From a virus (lineage: Duplodnaviria > Caudoviricetes), in the IMG/VR virus record IMGVR_UViG_3300031867_000013, positions 1-64,000 of that record: 64,000 bases of DNA; one strand, 5' to 3'. Below are positions 10,901 through 22,053 of this stretch, in pieces; the first letter of the stretch is position 1, and every line of letters begins with the position of its first letter. The notes beneath the pieces are model-generated. The model did no database searches. It had not been told where the DNA came from and saw only the letters and a list, made by a program, of their open reading frames with translations. The translations under genes and the position numbers were made by a program.

Positions 10901-11830
10901 ATTTTTTGCACTATTTGATACCACACAAGTTAAATACATTGGATATTGTGGTGTTAATCCTTTTAACTCATCGGGTATTGTACTTACATTCATAGATTTA
11001 ATCATCCACGGGTCTTTAGGTTGCTGTCTATTACCGAAATAAAACCGTACTTGACCTGTAAATCCTCCGCCTTCATCATATCCTCCAAACATATCTTTAT
11101 CGTCTATATATGCTGTTATTCCATTTATATTATCTTTTTCCCATGCTATATGTCCATTATTATCCCACACACCTTGTTCTGTACTTGTTTCTATTTTACT
11201 ATCATATACATTCATCCACAATTTCTTTATTCCTATATTTCTTCCTGTCCAACATATAATATGTTGCCACCCTAAATAATATAAAAATCCTTTTTGTATC
11301 GTTGTTCTTCCTGCATGGTCATTAAATAAATTTAATAATAAAGCAATAAGTAAATTTAATACTGCCATTGTCAACAGTTCAAATTTAGTACCATTTTGTA
11401 CATCAAGAGCATATCCCGTTCCAGCACCAGAAGAAGTTACTACCTCTACTTTATGTGTGGATGGCATTAACAAAGCCGCTATTATTGCTAATAAAAATGG
11501 CCATAGAACACTAGCAGCATCAAATTCACTATGCATACCATATTCTTCTGTATATGGCTCACTATTAAAATCTCCATAATAAGATATAAGTGGATTCTTT
11601 ACCACACACCTTCCTAATACTACAGGAACGGGCTGACCTATACAATTTACATTATCTTCTGTAAATTTAGAAGGCTGTTGACTAGATGTACTTGAACCAT
11701 TATCTGATTTTCTATTCAAAAAAAATAATAATAATGTAGATATACCCCAACCTATCCACGGACTTAAACCTCCACCACTACTTGTCGTATATCCTTCACT
11801 TCCACTACCACTCCATGATGTTGCTCCCAT
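7913..11830 (-). CDS. Tail tip/central tail protein with inserted CBM-like repeats
   Basis: IGQPVPVVLG, DLNPSEAIYEILTN..WGCG and GKLTFKLIRNDY motifs; position after hub gene. Confidence 0.8.
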   Translation of the reverse strand: MGATSWSGSGSEGYTTSSGGGLSPWIGWGISTLLLFFLNRKSDNGSSTSSQQPSKFTEDNVNCIGQPVPVVLGRCVVKNPLISYYGDFNSEPYTEEYGMHSEFDAASVLWPFLLAIIAALLMPSTHKVEVVTSSGAGTGYALDVQNGTKFELLTMAVLNLLIALLLNLFNDHAGRTTIQKGFLYYLGWQHIICWTGRNIGIKKLWMNVYDSKIETSTEQGVWDNNGHIAWEKDNINGITAYIDDKDMFGGYDEGGGFTGQVRFYFGNRQQPKDPWMIKSMNVSTIPDELKGLTPQYPMYLTCVVSNSAKNGGAYIGKQATIPEMWFEVVNYPARIGKYWITILLEKFITKLGEEFTKINNFISAQDPSVQSYMDEKMSDLQVSYDNYIDKANEFLIIPSWDEYISEVNDWASNVVYSVGDIVMYDSSRFACIVSHTSSDSFLDDIDNWNKLEQATYVGWQENTNYVCGNVVLHIGQVYTCKKDHTSPYSFSDKNWILYERDFPPQSLLDDLYNKAVAAYDYYPPTNRENFGMVLSTLESMCQYGVWHLGRLDDDLNPSEAIYEILTNTYWGCGYLESKIDVNSLVDLGVVCEQEKLGVSCLINRTAQSNDYITKILNHVNGVKYDDPKTGKLTFKLIRNDYDVNNIKKFDVSNTESCEFSRLDWSETTSAVEVSFTDASNKYDTGQFTFTDISNRLITGFYTSKSVDGDYFTTTANAKWLAQMNQLANGYPLSAINLVTNRYAYDVTIGDPIKVSWEPYGLKQVVYRVTDIDYANLTDGKISITGIEDVFGFDKLDFDTPESPQWTDPEEQPTNIGRYIYEEEPYEISRSLNTYIYAYAAQPNGHDVYWDVWRQVHGNYMKTSQSMAWSTVGRLTYGYLKGFDVDAEGFEFSILGNNGEDLIEQKIEKIINYPTTYTSTSGLNLLFIDNEYMSYETIEKLPNGHYRVKGVIRGIFDTLPEQHTAESIIFFVENRQNIAGTGNAVAMENDSPVTEKLELRTETRTLSQPFDLSLVEEYTTSRRSERLSVMANLQYGVDIGEDTIYQYDYTTSTIFSGDLLFKFIGRNKFNNYGIISQVDRDTDVKVAESTYNVIKTSSSGIDGEFRTLATYTEIIDDIEVRKNVEEDSLTWSSFCELMGDKIKYQNTVTIEVMTYDSMKELYSYSSYMKTIDWRTPRFVGVVADQAEAQTLADSYVLSTSSTIVVSATTVSPQIALLYTECPILIEGIQVTGTSSVNDILCQDGNIYRLSNMAYRIIGKDEDNNAILYPFTINPYYIFRTDFTQLVDNYSEYWQYNGTNWQKYMMV

Positions 11831-11842
11831 TTAATCACCTTC

Positions 11843-12724
11843 TTATAATGACATACTATATACAGCACCTTTTGAATCTCTAACAACTATATTACCATCT
11901 ATCCAATAAGGAAGTCTACCACTATAACTATTATGTTTATAAACATTAAATGATGGAATATATGGTATTCCATTAAAATTATTTGTATTGTGAAATCTTG
12001 TTGCACAATTTATAAATACTTGTGAACAACCTGGATAAGCATAAAAACTTCCAACTTTATCAACTGCATTTATTGGATATTTTATTTGTATCATATTATC
12101 TTCATGTTTAACTATTGCCCTAACACTATTTCCCATTTTTATATACCCATCTGTAAAATACCCTGATGGTTTTTCTCTTAAATTACTTGAATATATTACT
12201 AATCCTTGCCAATCTGATACCCAACATTTCCATACGTAATTTGCCGCATTTAAATTACACTTTTCATCATAAATACAATTTTGACAATTATAAGATAATG
12301 TTCCTCTCGGAATATATCTATTAAGTACATTTTCTATTGTTATTGTCAATTCTGCTTCTGAATTTGTAAATCTTACCTGTGATACTACACCATCTATTAT
12401 TTTTATTCTATCAGTTATAGCTAACCCATGTAATCTAAATACTTCTACCCTTACGCTAGATAATTCTGGTGGCGCACCTTGATATAATAATGCCACACTA
12501 TTTGTTCTTGGAACAGTAATAATACAAGTCTCTACTGTACCTCCACTATCCCCCAATTTTAAACTATCACCACGTTTTATAAATTCTGGACTATAAGTTA
12601 TACCACTTATAAATTGTGAATACTGACTAGATGTATAAGAATAATGCTGACCATTATATGTAAATAAATAACACTCTATTGGTTGACCATCACTAATAGA
12701 AATTTCATCATTATTATAAGACAT
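11843..12724 (-). CDS. Baseplate hub protein (BR0599/DUF2163-like)
   Basis: C-x3-YDEKC and YPGC...C..RF.N..NF.G.PYIP cysteine motifs. Confidence 0.85.
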   Translation of the reverse strand: MSYNNDEISISDGQPIECYLFTYNGQHYSYTSSQYSQFISGITYSPEFIKRGDSLKLGDSGGTVETCIITVPRTNSVALLYQGAPPELSSVRVEVFRLHGLAITDRIKIIDGVVSQVRFTNSEAELTITIENVLNRYIPRGTLSYNCQNCIYDEKCNLNAANYVWKCWVSDWQGLVIYSSNLREKPSGYFTDGYIKMGNSVRAIVKHEDNMIQIKYPINAVDKVGSFYAYPGCSQVFINCATRFHNTNNFNGIPYIPSFNVYKHNSYSGRLPYWIDGNIVVRDSKGAVYSMSL

Positions 12725-12738
12725 ATTATCACCACGCT

Positions 12739-13980
12739 TTACTGCATATCATCAATTTCCCGCATAACTAATGTAGTATTTGCTGTTACATTTGTTTCAT
12801 AATTTAATTGTAATTCATCACTATCTAATCTAACTAAATTCATATAAGAAGCCATAAGTATATTTGATTTTGAAATACTTACTCCTGCATTTGTCATAAA
12901 AATTATCTTACCTACTGTACTTGTAGGAGTATCATATTCTTCTACATAAGTTAATATATCAAATATATATGTTTTCCAATCTTTAGTAAATATAACTAAT
13001 TTTTTCTTTCTTTTATTATTAAGATAATATTGAGAAATTTTATTCCATTTAGTATATATAAAATTTTCATCACTTCTAACATCATTTAAAATTTCTATAT
13101 CATTTACCCATGTTGGATAATAAAAACCCTTCCACATACCACAAACTCTATGAAAAAATCTTATCATATTATGTATCATTGCTTGATTCAATAATGTATA
13201 TTGATACGTATGTACATCATAAGAATTAACATTTTTTAAATCATACCAAAATATACCTGTCTCGTTATCTAATCTATTTGTTGCTTTATCTACAGATAAA
13301 GTAACAGCACTATCATCAGCCCAAGTTGGTTCTATTTGTAATATTTCATAACCATCTATAGAATCTATTAATTTCCACCTATTTTTCCCTTTATATGTCT
13401 CATAATCTGATAAATATTTATCGGGAATTACAGCACTAATAGGTTTTTGTAACAAATCTTCAAAATTATGTGTAACCTGTGTACCATTTGCAAATAGATA
13501 TTGTAAATTTCCCATCGGCTGTACGCTACATTTTTTTAATGGAAATATCCACGTATTTCTTTTACTTAATTTCCTCGGTATTGTCTTTTTAACACCTATT
13601 AAACCATCACCATAAACACTAACTTTTCTTACTAAATTTACCCCACCTTGAGAAAAATCATCATGTGAAAAAATCTCTATATATTCACAATCTCTTAAAT
13701 TATACATATCTTCTTCTTGTACATATAATGCCTTTCCTTCTAAAAAATCTTCACGTAAATAAACTACAGATTGCCACATAGGAACATAATATGTATCTGT
13801 CTGACGCATACGACCCAATCCTCTAAGCCATTGTGCATCAAAACAAGTCATAGCAGGATAATCATAAGATAAAAAATGTCTTGGTTCTTGTCTTGTCTTT
13901 ATTCTCTGTTCGTGTCCATCATATGAAGTAATAATATCAGTTTTATATTCATATTTTTCTGTTATTGCCGCACCTGACAT
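12739..13980 (-). CDS. Distal tail-like virion protein
   Basis: E.Y.TDII.SYDGHEQRI..R..PR and VRLDSDEL motifs typical of the gene preceding BR0599-type hubs. Confidence 0.7.
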   Translation of the reverse strand: MSGAAITEKYEYKTDIITSYDGHEQRIKTRQEPRHFLSYDYPAMTCFDAQWLRGLGRMRQTDTYYVPMWQSVVYLREDFLEGKALYVQEEDMYNLRDCEYIEIFSHDDFSQGGVNLVRKVSVYGDGLIGVKKTIPRKLSKRNTWIFPLKKCSVQPMGNLQYLFANGTQVTHNFEDLLQKPISAVIPDKYLSDYETYKGKNRWKLIDSIDGYEILQIEPTWADDSAVTLSVDKATNRLDNETGIFWYDLKNVNSYDVHTYQYTLLNQAMIHNMIRFFHRVCGMWKGFYYPTWVNDIEILNDVRSDENFIYTKWNKISQYYLNNKRKKKLVIFTKDWKTYIFDILTYVEEYDTPTSTVGKIIFMTNAGVSISKSNILMASYMNLVRLDSDELQLNYETNVTANTTLVMREIDDMQ

Positions 13981-14070
13981 ATCTATTTCACCACCTAATA
14001 AATAAAAGGACTACACTCTTTTGCAGTCCTTTTATTATACCATACTATTGTATTTTTGTCAATAGACCTA

Positions 14071-15444
14071 TTAACCCCACAATGGACTCAAATCAAATAA
14101 CGGTATATCTATATCGTCATCCCAATCTGTAGTTTTCTTATTCCATAAGAATTTATAGAAACCCCAAATGAGCCAAGGCTCGTACACAGGTCTATTATTT
14201 TGTGTTTCATCATATCTTTGTATTGGCATTAATGCAGGATATAAACCTATACCTAACTGCATATATAAGAAATTAATATATTCTTTGAAGAATGTAAATC
14301 TCTTAAATTTCTTTATTTCTTCTAACAGCGTACATATCTTTTGTGTATTTACTATATCTACTTCCCAATCAGTCAATACAAACTCTGTTTTAACCAAATA
14401 ATAAACATAATTTCCATCAGTACCCAATACACGAATAATATTATTTACAAAATATCTCTTTCCTATTTCTAAATCAAAGACATATCTCATATCTTTAACA
14501 ACATAAACAAATGAACTTGGGTCTACATTACAATCATAAATTGGATTACCATGTTCATCATATCCTATAATTGTTTTTAATTGACAAGAACTACTTAATA
14601 TCATATATAAAGTATATTCTGTTTCTTGTGTATTACCTCTTATAAAATCACCAACGTCATAACATTCTGTGGGGTCAAATATAGGAACATTTGCAATATT
14701 ATCTGGTAAATTAGTTCTAGCTATTTCATATAATTCTTTCATATAAAAATAATTAGTTGGACAATTTTTATTCCAATCTATTCCATTATACTTATCCAAT
14801 CCAGATATAGGAACATAAAATGCTGAATAATTAACAGATAAAATAGTATTTACCCATTTCTGTGATTCATCATAAGTTGCTAAATGTTGAATATACCACG
14901 ATGGATTATCTAAATCTGTCGGTAAATATGGTCGTACCCTGTCGGGTAAATAAATATTTTGTACTCCACACTCGACAATATTATTAATATCAGATGGATA
15001 TACCTTTTTCCTACAAATAGCAGGAAACATAAATACATATCCATCTAATGCTCCATCTGTAAGAATTTCAAATTGATGACTATTAGCTATAGTAAAATCT
15101 ATATTCATTTGTGCTATATTATGTATATTTGTTTTATGTATAATCCTTATGCCACCGTCATCATATACATCAAAAGTTCTTAATTTATGATTATATTTAT
15201 ATAGATAACCTTCTTGTAATGTTAATGGATTTTCTGGGTCATTAGATATACCAAAAGGTAATTTCAACAAACTCCAAAAATGTAAATCTATTTCATCTCC
15301 ATAATAGATAGATTCATGTAAGATTATATCATCCCAACCAATAACTCTAATACCATTATCAAATGGTACAGAAAATTCTAATGCTTGTACTCTAGGATAT
15401 AAAGATGTTAAACCTAATAAAGTTGCATAACCTGTAGTTGACAT
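14071..15444 (-). CDS. Hypothetical (probable virion) protein
   Basis: 457-aa ORF within tail module. Confidence 0.5.
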   Translation of the reverse strand: MSTTGYATLLGLTSLYPRVQALEFSVPFDNGIRVIGWDDIILHESIYYGDEIDLHFWSLLKLPFGISNDPENPLTLQEGYLYKYNHKLRTFDVYDDGGIRIIHKTNIHNIAQMNIDFTIANSHQFEILTDGALDGYVFMFPAICRKKVYPSDINNIVECGVQNIYLPDRVRPYLPTDLDNPSWYIQHLATYDESQKWVNTILSVNYSAFYVPISGLDKYNGIDWNKNCPTNYFYMKELYEIARTNLPDNIANVPIFDPTECYDVGDFIRGNTQETEYTLYMILSSSCQLKTIIGYDEHGNPIYDCNVDPSSFVYVVKDMRYVFDLEIGKRYFVNNIIRVLGTDGNYVYYLVKTEFVLTDWEVDIVNTQKICTLLEEIKKFKRFTFFKEYINFLYMQLGIGLYPALMPIQRYDETQNNRPVYEPWLIWGFYKFLWNKKTTDWDDDIDIPLFDLSPLWG

Positions 15445-15467
15445 TTTCTTTATACCCCCTTTTTATA

Positions 15468-16601
15468 TTATTCTTCATCATCAAGAAATTGTTGAATAGA
15501 AAGCCCATCAAATCCATTCGCACCGCGACGCTTTCCTCTTATAGAAAATACTTGACATAATTTATTACTCTCTGGATAACTTATTTCATAAACATGACCT
15601 GTCTGCATATTTAAATTAGATACAAAATAAGCACCTGTGATATGACCTACTGCCGCATAATTATCTAATATATCTGGGTCAACCATTACTGCTAAAAATA
15701 TTGGCATATTTATTGTAATTGCATTTAGTGTACATATATTTTTACCCCAATCAAGTCTACCTGTAGATTGTAAATAATAATAATGTGGTATCTTACCATT
15801 CATATTGTCCCCTGTTCTTACAGGTAAAGCTAATTTCTTTCCTGTTTCATTAGCCGTACCGCTAGAAGCCCAATGAATTTCACCACGCGAAACTAATGGT
15901 GCTTCATCAATATCTATACGCAAAAATGAATTAGATACTGTACCACTACTAAATACAGGTAAAATATATTGGTCTGCTGTTTGTGTATGGTCATAACATC
16001 TATAAGCATTTGCCATCATACTTATAGGACAAGACCCTGTAAAAAATGCCCCACCTTCCCATAAATCATATTTATGCACATCAGCATAACATAAATGAGA
16101 ATGTTGCATATATGTATCATTATCTTTTACCAATGAAAATGTAATTGTATCAGAAGGTTCTGAAATATTATTACAATATAATGTATATGTAAAATTTCTT
16201 GATTCATCTACTGGCATAAATACACCATATACTTTAATTCCACCTTTAGCCTTTGGTACTCTAAATTGATTATACCATCTTGCAGTTCTACTATAACCCT
16301 CCGATACTGTCATTGCTACACCTGTATAATGCACATTAGTTTCCGGTGTAGCTATATCCATAGCAGAATCATTTGTTGTACCGAATACCTGTGTTCCGTT
16401 CACAGACCTTAAAAGTATAAAATATCCACCATCTTTATTTTGAAATACAAATTTCTTGCCGTCACTAGAAGCCCTATCATATATATTAAGGTCATCCACT
16501 AATGGTTGTATAATAACATAACTTAAAGAAGTAATATAATCAACCATTGCTTCTAATACCTCATTCGCTGTTGTTAAATTCGTATAACTTACATAAGCCA
16601 T
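15468..16601 (-). CDS. Virion structural (tail) protein
   Basis: N-terminus MAYVSYT similar to neighbours; tail module context. Confidence 0.6.
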   Translation of the reverse strand: MAYVSYTNLTTANEVLEAMVDYITSLSYVIIQPLVDDLNIYDRASSDGKKFVFQNKDGGYFILLRSVNGTQVFGTTNDSAMDIATPETNVHYTGVAMTVSEGYSRTARWYNQFRVPKAKGGIKVYGVFMPVDESRNFTYTLYCNNISEPSDTITFSLVKDNDTYMQHSHLCYADVHKYDLWEGGAFFTGSCPISMMANAYRCYDHTQTADQYILPVFSSGTVSNSFLRIDIDEAPLVSRGEIHWASSGTANETGKKLALPVRTGDNMNGKIPHYYYLQSTGRLDWGKNICTLNAITINMPIFLAVMVDPDILDNYAAVGHITGAYFVSNLNMQTGHVYEISYPESNKLCQVFSIRGKRRGANGFDGLSIQQFLDDEE

Positions 16602-16620
16602 TTATATCACTCCTTTATAA

Positions 16621-18183
16621 TTATTCTTCTACATTAGTTTCGTTTTCGTTAGTTTCATTATCTTCATTATCCTGTTCTTCCATCTTAAAAGCTAATCCTG
16701 CATATCCTTTAAATCCTAAATCACTTCTCCTAATTCCTGACTGAAAACAATTATAATATCCTGTTTTTACTGGATATGTACCATTTATATATCTATTAGT
16801 AGACATATTTTTCATATTTACATAATTTATAACATCATTATAACCAACACAAGAATAATCATTTAATACTTGTGGGTCACGTTGTACCATAAAATATAAT
16901 CTACTTATAATAGAAATATTATTCAAATCATTTACAGTATGACCGCTATCTGTCCTATCAGTTGGAAATAAACTCCAATATGAAGGTAATCCCTTAGATG
17001 TATTATCAATAGACACTACCATAGGAATATAATAACCTATTGAAAGTGTAGTTGCCCAAATTTGTTTTCTCATAACTACTGGTAAAAATCTAGTATAAAC
17101 CCCTTGGTCAAATGTAGCCACATTAAAAAATTCTGTATCTGACAATTTTTCTGTAATTGGATTAAAATAACGACGATTTCCAAAAGAAGGCAACCTTCTA
17201 TCCGTTTTTTGGTCTATATTATATTCATCATCAAATTTTTCTACAGGAGGACGCAAAGGAAATTTATCCATATCTATTCTTAAAAAACACTCAAATCTAT
17301 TAAAATGATTTACTGTATCGGGCAATCTTGATACTTTAGAATTACTAACTAATGTAAATGGGTCATCATACCATGTTTTTCTACCATCATCATACTCCCA
17401 ATCCCAATAACTTTTAATATGAAAATCCAACCCATTTTTACAATTAGATTCATATTGCCAATACAACCTTGCCACCATAAATCTAGTCCCATTACGTTCA
17501 CCTGTCTCTGGGTTTCCATTCATATACCATGACCTAAAATATAATTCTAATGAACAAACTGCATCTCCACCATACCAAAAACCACCGGCAACTTCCCAAT
17601 AACCATATTTAGTAATATTACCAAAACATATATTATTAGTTAAATTTTGTGACGTACTAAATGTTCCAAAATTATATGTTATAGGCTCTAATCCACTAAA
17701 CATTACTGTTTCATTTTCTGTATTATAATTTGCAACTAATTTATTACAAGTACCTATTGTTGGCATTGGTATATAATAAGCAATATTGTTAATCCAAGCA
17801 ATAGAATATGGAGATGTATCAAAAGTTTTATCAGAATTATTGCTAGATACCCCATTATAAATTACATCTTTTTGATAAAAAATTTCTACTTCACTATCCC
17901 ATTCTGTAGAAACAAATAACCCTATTCTACCATCAAATGACATAAAAATTAAATATAAATCATTTAATGTACTATGTGCAACAAAATAACTATAGTTAGT
18001 CCTAAAATAGATTCTCGGAGTACCCTCAAATTGATTTGCAAAAGTTGTAGTACCGTATATATAATCTTTTATATCTGTAACTAAAGTGTAATCATTAGTT
18101 TTACTTAAAAAATCACGCATTGCATTGAAACATGAAGTCGTGAAATTTGAAGTATCTATATCGTATTCTATTCTCAACCTCAT
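16621..18183 (-). CDS. Virion structural (tail) protein
   Basis: C-terminal region resembles 15468..16601; tail module context. Confidence 0.55.
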   Translation of the reverse strand: MRLRIEYDIDTSNFTTSCFNAMRDFLSKTNDYTLVTDIKDYIYGTTTFANQFEGTPRIYFRTNYSYFVAHSTLNDLYLIFMSFDGRIGLFVSTEWDSEVEIFYQKDVIYNGVSSNNSDKTFDTSPYSIAWINNIAYYIPMPTIGTCNKLVANYNTENETVMFSGLEPITYNFGTFSTSQNLTNNICFGNITKYGYWEVAGGFWYGGDAVCSLELYFRSWYMNGNPETGERNGTRFMVARLYWQYESNCKNGLDFHIKSYWDWEYDDGRKTWYDDPFTLVSNSKVSRLPDTVNHFNRFECFLRIDMDKFPLRPPVEKFDDEYNIDQKTDRRLPSFGNRRYFNPITEKLSDTEFFNVATFDQGVYTRFLPVVMRKQIWATTLSIGYYIPMVVSIDNTSKGLPSYWSLFPTDRTDSGHTVNDLNNISIISRLYFMVQRDPQVLNDYSCVGYNDVINYVNMKNMSTNRYINGTYPVKTGYYNCFQSGIRRSDLGFKGYAGLAFKMEEQDNEDNETNENETNVEE

Positions 18184-19763
18184 GCACCTTCTTCCAATGG
18201 AATTAATAACCTATCACAAATTTGATAATTTTTCAAAACATTAGCTCTATCTTCATACCTAGCACGTATAACATCTGATTCCCATTCATCATTAACAATT
18301 TCACCTATATGATAAGGATAAAACCAAAATCTACTTTCCCAACCATTAGGAATACTTAAATATCGTTTTCCACTTAATGTTACTTCTCCACATGGCAAAC
18401 TCTTAAACCAACTACTATACACGTTTGGTATAATACCCATACAACCATTTTCTTTATAGTTTAAATTATCAGCTATAAAAACTATTATTTTTTGTAATGG
18501 AGAACTATATTCATGTGTATTATGCGGTCTATTAACAGTATAAGTATCTATAGTATACCTAGCATTTCTACCTAATCTTGGAAACATCATGTTATAATTT
18601 GAAAAACTTAAATCATCATTAGGTTCTTCAAGAGTTAGACCCCAACTTGGAACACAAGTACGTGGAGGACAAGCAAAATAACTCCTAACTGTTGCTGTCT
18701 GTGTATGCGCTGTAATATATTTCCACCGCCCTTGTGGACTTAATATCATAAAATTAGTAACTGTTGCACCATATTCTTGTGTTGGATGTAATAAATTACT
18801 ATTTGATAATGCTAAATTTCTCATATCTAAATCATAAGAATTTCCTGTTTTATATGCATCACAGGTTGCATGAATCGGATGATAAATAAAAAAATCTGGA
18901 GAAATACCTATATTTCCTCCTGCTACAAATAACGGAAACATATAAGACGTTTCTATCATATTTTCCATCATACCAAAAGCTATTGATTGATATAAGTCAA
19001 CATCTTCTCCATGATTTGATATTCTAAATGTTATAATAGCCATATAATCTGTTTTTAAAAACCAATAATCTATACCATATGTCGAAACTTTATATATAGA
19101 CTTATTTTCATTACTAATTGTAAGCCACGGAACTCTACTCATTGGATATTCTCTTGCAGACCAAGAAGCAGTATAACTACTACCAGTTCTAGGAGAAACA
19201 GTCATATGACCACCCATAAGATTTAATGTTCCATCTGCCCTACAAGCTGTTCCACCCTGTTCATCCATCCATAAATGTTCATCAAATAATGTATGAGGAC
19301 TTATTGCAATAAATTCTCCTGTATTTCTAAATATATTTTCTTGATTAGAACTTCCATATTTTGTATATATATATGTACTTTGAGATGGTATACTATCCCT
19401 AGAACTTGCAACATAATCCCCTGTATCATACATTCTATTTAATGAATTATTATACTTTTCCCAACTGCCACCATCACCATATAATAAAACACGTTTTGGT
19501 GGAGTTCCTAAATGATTTATATATGTACTATATGTATTTTGTGTAACATTTGTATGATTCATACTTATATAAAAATAAGGCACATTATCATTTTCATCTT
19601 TCCACTTTTTCATTGGAATCTTAAAAGTTGCCCCATAAAAAGTTTGTAATCTATCATCTTCTAATATCCATGCTTGTGTATTTGCATTGTATAATTGTGC
19701 AAACTCTATAAACTGCTCTGCAAGGTCTAATAAAGAAGTAGCTTTACCCGATTGAAACATCAT
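18180..19763 (-). CDS. Virion structural (tail) protein
   Basis: YQS..FG..YMFPLFVAG motif shared with 20443..21378. Confidence 0.55.
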   Translation of the reverse strand: MMFQSGKATSLLDLAEQFIEFAQLYNANTQAWILEDDRLQTFYGATFKIPMKKWKDENDNVPYFYISMNHTNVTQNTYSTYINHLGTPPKRVLLYGDGGSWEKYNNSLNRMYDTGDYVASSRDSIPSQSTYIYTKYGSSNQENIFRNTGEFIAISPHTLFDEHLWMDEQGGTACRADGTLNLMGGHMTVSPRTGSSYTASWSAREYPMSRVPWLTISNENKSIYKVSTYGIDYWFLKTDYMAIITFRISNHGEDVDLYQSIAFGMMENMIETSYMFPLFVAGGNIGISPDFFIYHPIHATCDAYKTGNSYDLDMRNLALSNSNLLHPTQEYGATVTNFMILSPQGRWKYITAHTQTATVRSYFACPPRTCVPSWGLTLEEPNDDLSFSNYNMMFPRLGRNARYTIDTYTVNRPHNTHEYSSPLQKIIVFIADNLNYKENGCMGIIPNVYSSWFKSLPCGEVTLSGKRYLSIPNGWESRFWFYPYHIGEIVNDEWESDVIRARYEDRANVLKNYQICDRLLIPLEEGA

Positions 19764-20437
19764 AGTAAATCACACTCCTTCTCTTTTTTAACAAATTCCC
19801 ACACTAATTTTTCACCATTTAATTTACCTGCAAAATTTCGTTCTCCACGACAGTTTGCAGAAATACCGCTAGGATGAACACCATAAACTTTTGAAGCCTC
19901 ATTTATACAATCAAAAATTTCTCCTGTATTTATTAGTTTAACAGGTTTAGAATTAACATTTAATTTTCCAGTTAAATGAACACCAAACATAGGATTTTTT
20001 TCTCCTATAAATTTTCCCTTTAATGCTAAACTTATTTTTTGTTTGGTATAATTAGAACGAGGAACTCCATAATTCCATACATCTTTACCTCTAGGATAAA
20101 TTCTGCTGTTTCCAATATGTTTCTTTGATTCTTCACTATGTTTATGTGCAAAATCAATATTTAATAAATTATATTTATCTTTATAATAATGTGTCCAATA
20201 TTCTTCTCTCTCTAACATTTTTTCCTTATTCTCACATTTTTCAATTAAAGAAATAGAAACATTATCTTTACCAACTTCATTAATATATAAAGTTACCTTC
20301 CTAGATGTTTTATCATTACAATGAAACTGAAATCTACGTTTTAATTCTAGTGTTGTACTCCCGATATAAATTATTTTATTAGTTAATTTATCCAATAAAT
20401 AATATACATTAAAACCGTCTTTTTTATTTGTTGCCAT
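19760..20437 (-). CDS. GIY-YIG homing endonuclease with NUMOD3-like repeats
   Basis: VY...IYIGST...RF..H, later catalytic E and N; HSEESKKHI and GEKNPMFG motifs. Confidence 0.85.
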   Translation of the reverse strand: MATNKKDGFNVYYLLDKLTNKIIYIGSTTLELKRRFQFHCNDKTSRKVTLYINEVGKDNVSISLIEKCENKEKMLEREEYWTHYYKDKYNLLNIDFAHKHSEESKKHIGNSRIYPRGKDVWNYGVPRSNYTKQKISLALKGKFIGEKNPMFGVHLTGKLNVNSKPVKLINTGEIFDCINEASKVYGVHPSGISANCRGERNFAGKLNGEKLVWEFVKKEKECDLL

Positions 20438-20442
20438 ATCTA

Positions 20443-21378
20443 TCACGCCATCTTTACTGCAAAATAACTATTTGCTAATCTATCCTGTTTCGTGTCGAAC
20501 ACTATATACTGTTCATTCTGATAAGTTAATATTTGTTCAGCCGCAACGTCACGTGTACCACTAATCCAATATACATCTCTTAATAAACCATTTACATCTG
20601 TAGGATTTGTAGTTTGTAACATAATAGGTATCAATAAAAAATTATCTTGGTCTACTACATCATCACTATGATAATTAGGTACTAAATATAAATTATGTGC
20701 ATTATATGGAAATAATGTACCTTCTGACGTAGGACTTGGATTTGGTCTACTTGCATTAAATATACGCCATGTACCATCTGCTCTCCTTAACATACCTTGA
20801 CCATTTTGAGGAAATACAAAACTACCATTATTATTACTGGGCCATGCGCCTTGTGTAGAAACACCATTTCCGCACACATACATAGGATATGGATATTGTC
20901 TTTCAGAAGCTATTGGATTTAAAAATCCCATATAAAAACTTTCATATACAATAGACATACGACATATACCAATAACTCTATAAGAATCTGCAAAAAACCA
21001 ATATGCAAATCTTTCATCTGCTGTTACTGTGAACATTGGTTGTGTTACTTCAACAGGAACATCAGAATCAGTATATCCATAAGATTTATTCCATTGCTGT
21101 ATAGACCCAGGCTGTTCAAAATATTCAAGATACGGGTCTAAACCTGTCATACTATCTAAAAACATCTTTTGTGCTTGATTTTCTGGTATACGTGCTTGAA
21201 GATATATTCTATCATTACCATCACCTATTCCACGCCATAAACAATACGAAGTTCTCGTTTGACCATTCCACATAGATGTTTTACGTTCTTCTCTTGTCCA
21301 ACCTACGCTTTGTAATAATGTATCTACTTCTTCTATTACATCATATATACTTGATGCCATTCCGCTTACATAAGACAT
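20443..21378 (-). CDS. Virion structural (tail) protein
   Basis: YESFYMGFL.P.A...QYPYPMYVCG motif seen in siphovirus post-tape-measure proteins. Confidence 0.65.
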   Translation of the reverse strand: MSYVSGMASSIYDVIEEVDTLLQSVGWTREERKTSMWNGQTRTSYCLWRGIGDGNDRIYLQARIPENQAQKMFLDSMTGLDPYLEYFEQPGSIQQWNKSYGYTDSDVPVEVTQPMFTVTADERFAYWFFADSYRVIGICRMSIVYESFYMGFLNPIASERQYPYPMYVCGNGVSTQGAWPSNNNGSFVFPQNGQGMLRRADGTWRIFNASRPNPSPTSEGTLFPYNAHNLYLVPNYHSDDVVDQDNFLLIPIMLQTTNPTDVNGLLRDVYWISGTRDVAAEQILTYQNEQYIVFDTKQDRLANSYFAVKMA

Positions 21379-21392
21379 TTACTTCCACCACC

Positions 21393-21596
21393 TTATATAG
21401 AAGCGTCTAAAAACTCTAATAATGCCTTTATTTGCGCTTCATATTTTAATTGTGTTACAATTATATCATCTTTTTCTGTTATAATATTATATTCTTTTAT
21501 TTCTATATCTTGTATATTTCCATATTTATCTACATCTACTGCTAACATAGATATTGTCATTATAAACATACATAATATTGTTATAATATTTTTCAT
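21393..21596 (-). CDS. Small hypothetical protein with signal-like N-terminus
   Basis: RBS AGGAG; hydrophobic N-terminus. Confidence 0.45.
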   Translation of the reverse strand: MKNIITILCMFIMTISMLAVDVDKYGNIQDIEIKEYNIITEKDDIIVTQLKYEAQIKALLEFLDASI

Positions 21597-22053
21597 ATTT
21601 CCACTCCTTACCTTTTGTATTCCTTACTTTTTATATTTTTCTATATGATTTTTAAATTTTTCAATACTTTCAATTAGTACATCACAATTCTTTATACACT
21701 CATCTATTAATTCTTCATCTGTTTTAATATCTTCCTTTATCGTTTCCTCTATGCCTAATTGTTTTATATTACACATATCTTTATATTCTATTGCTAATCC
21801 CATTATATTTCACTCCTTTAATCAGTATATTATACCACATTTTTATATTTTTGTCAAGACTAAAAATAAGCCCACATAGGGGCTTACTTTAATTCTTCCT
21901 GTTCTTTTATATTATTTGTAACATTATTTTCATTATCATTTGGTACTACATTATGACTAAAAAAGAATTTACATTTATTACACATCATAATGCTTTGTAA
22001 TTTTGCCTTAAACTTATTCCTACAACATGGACATATAAATGTTTTCTTCATGT

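Noticed and set aside
19760-20437. Group I intron around the GIY-YIG gene
   Set aside because: The flanking genes abut or overlap it directly, leaving no room for an intron core, and both appear intact.
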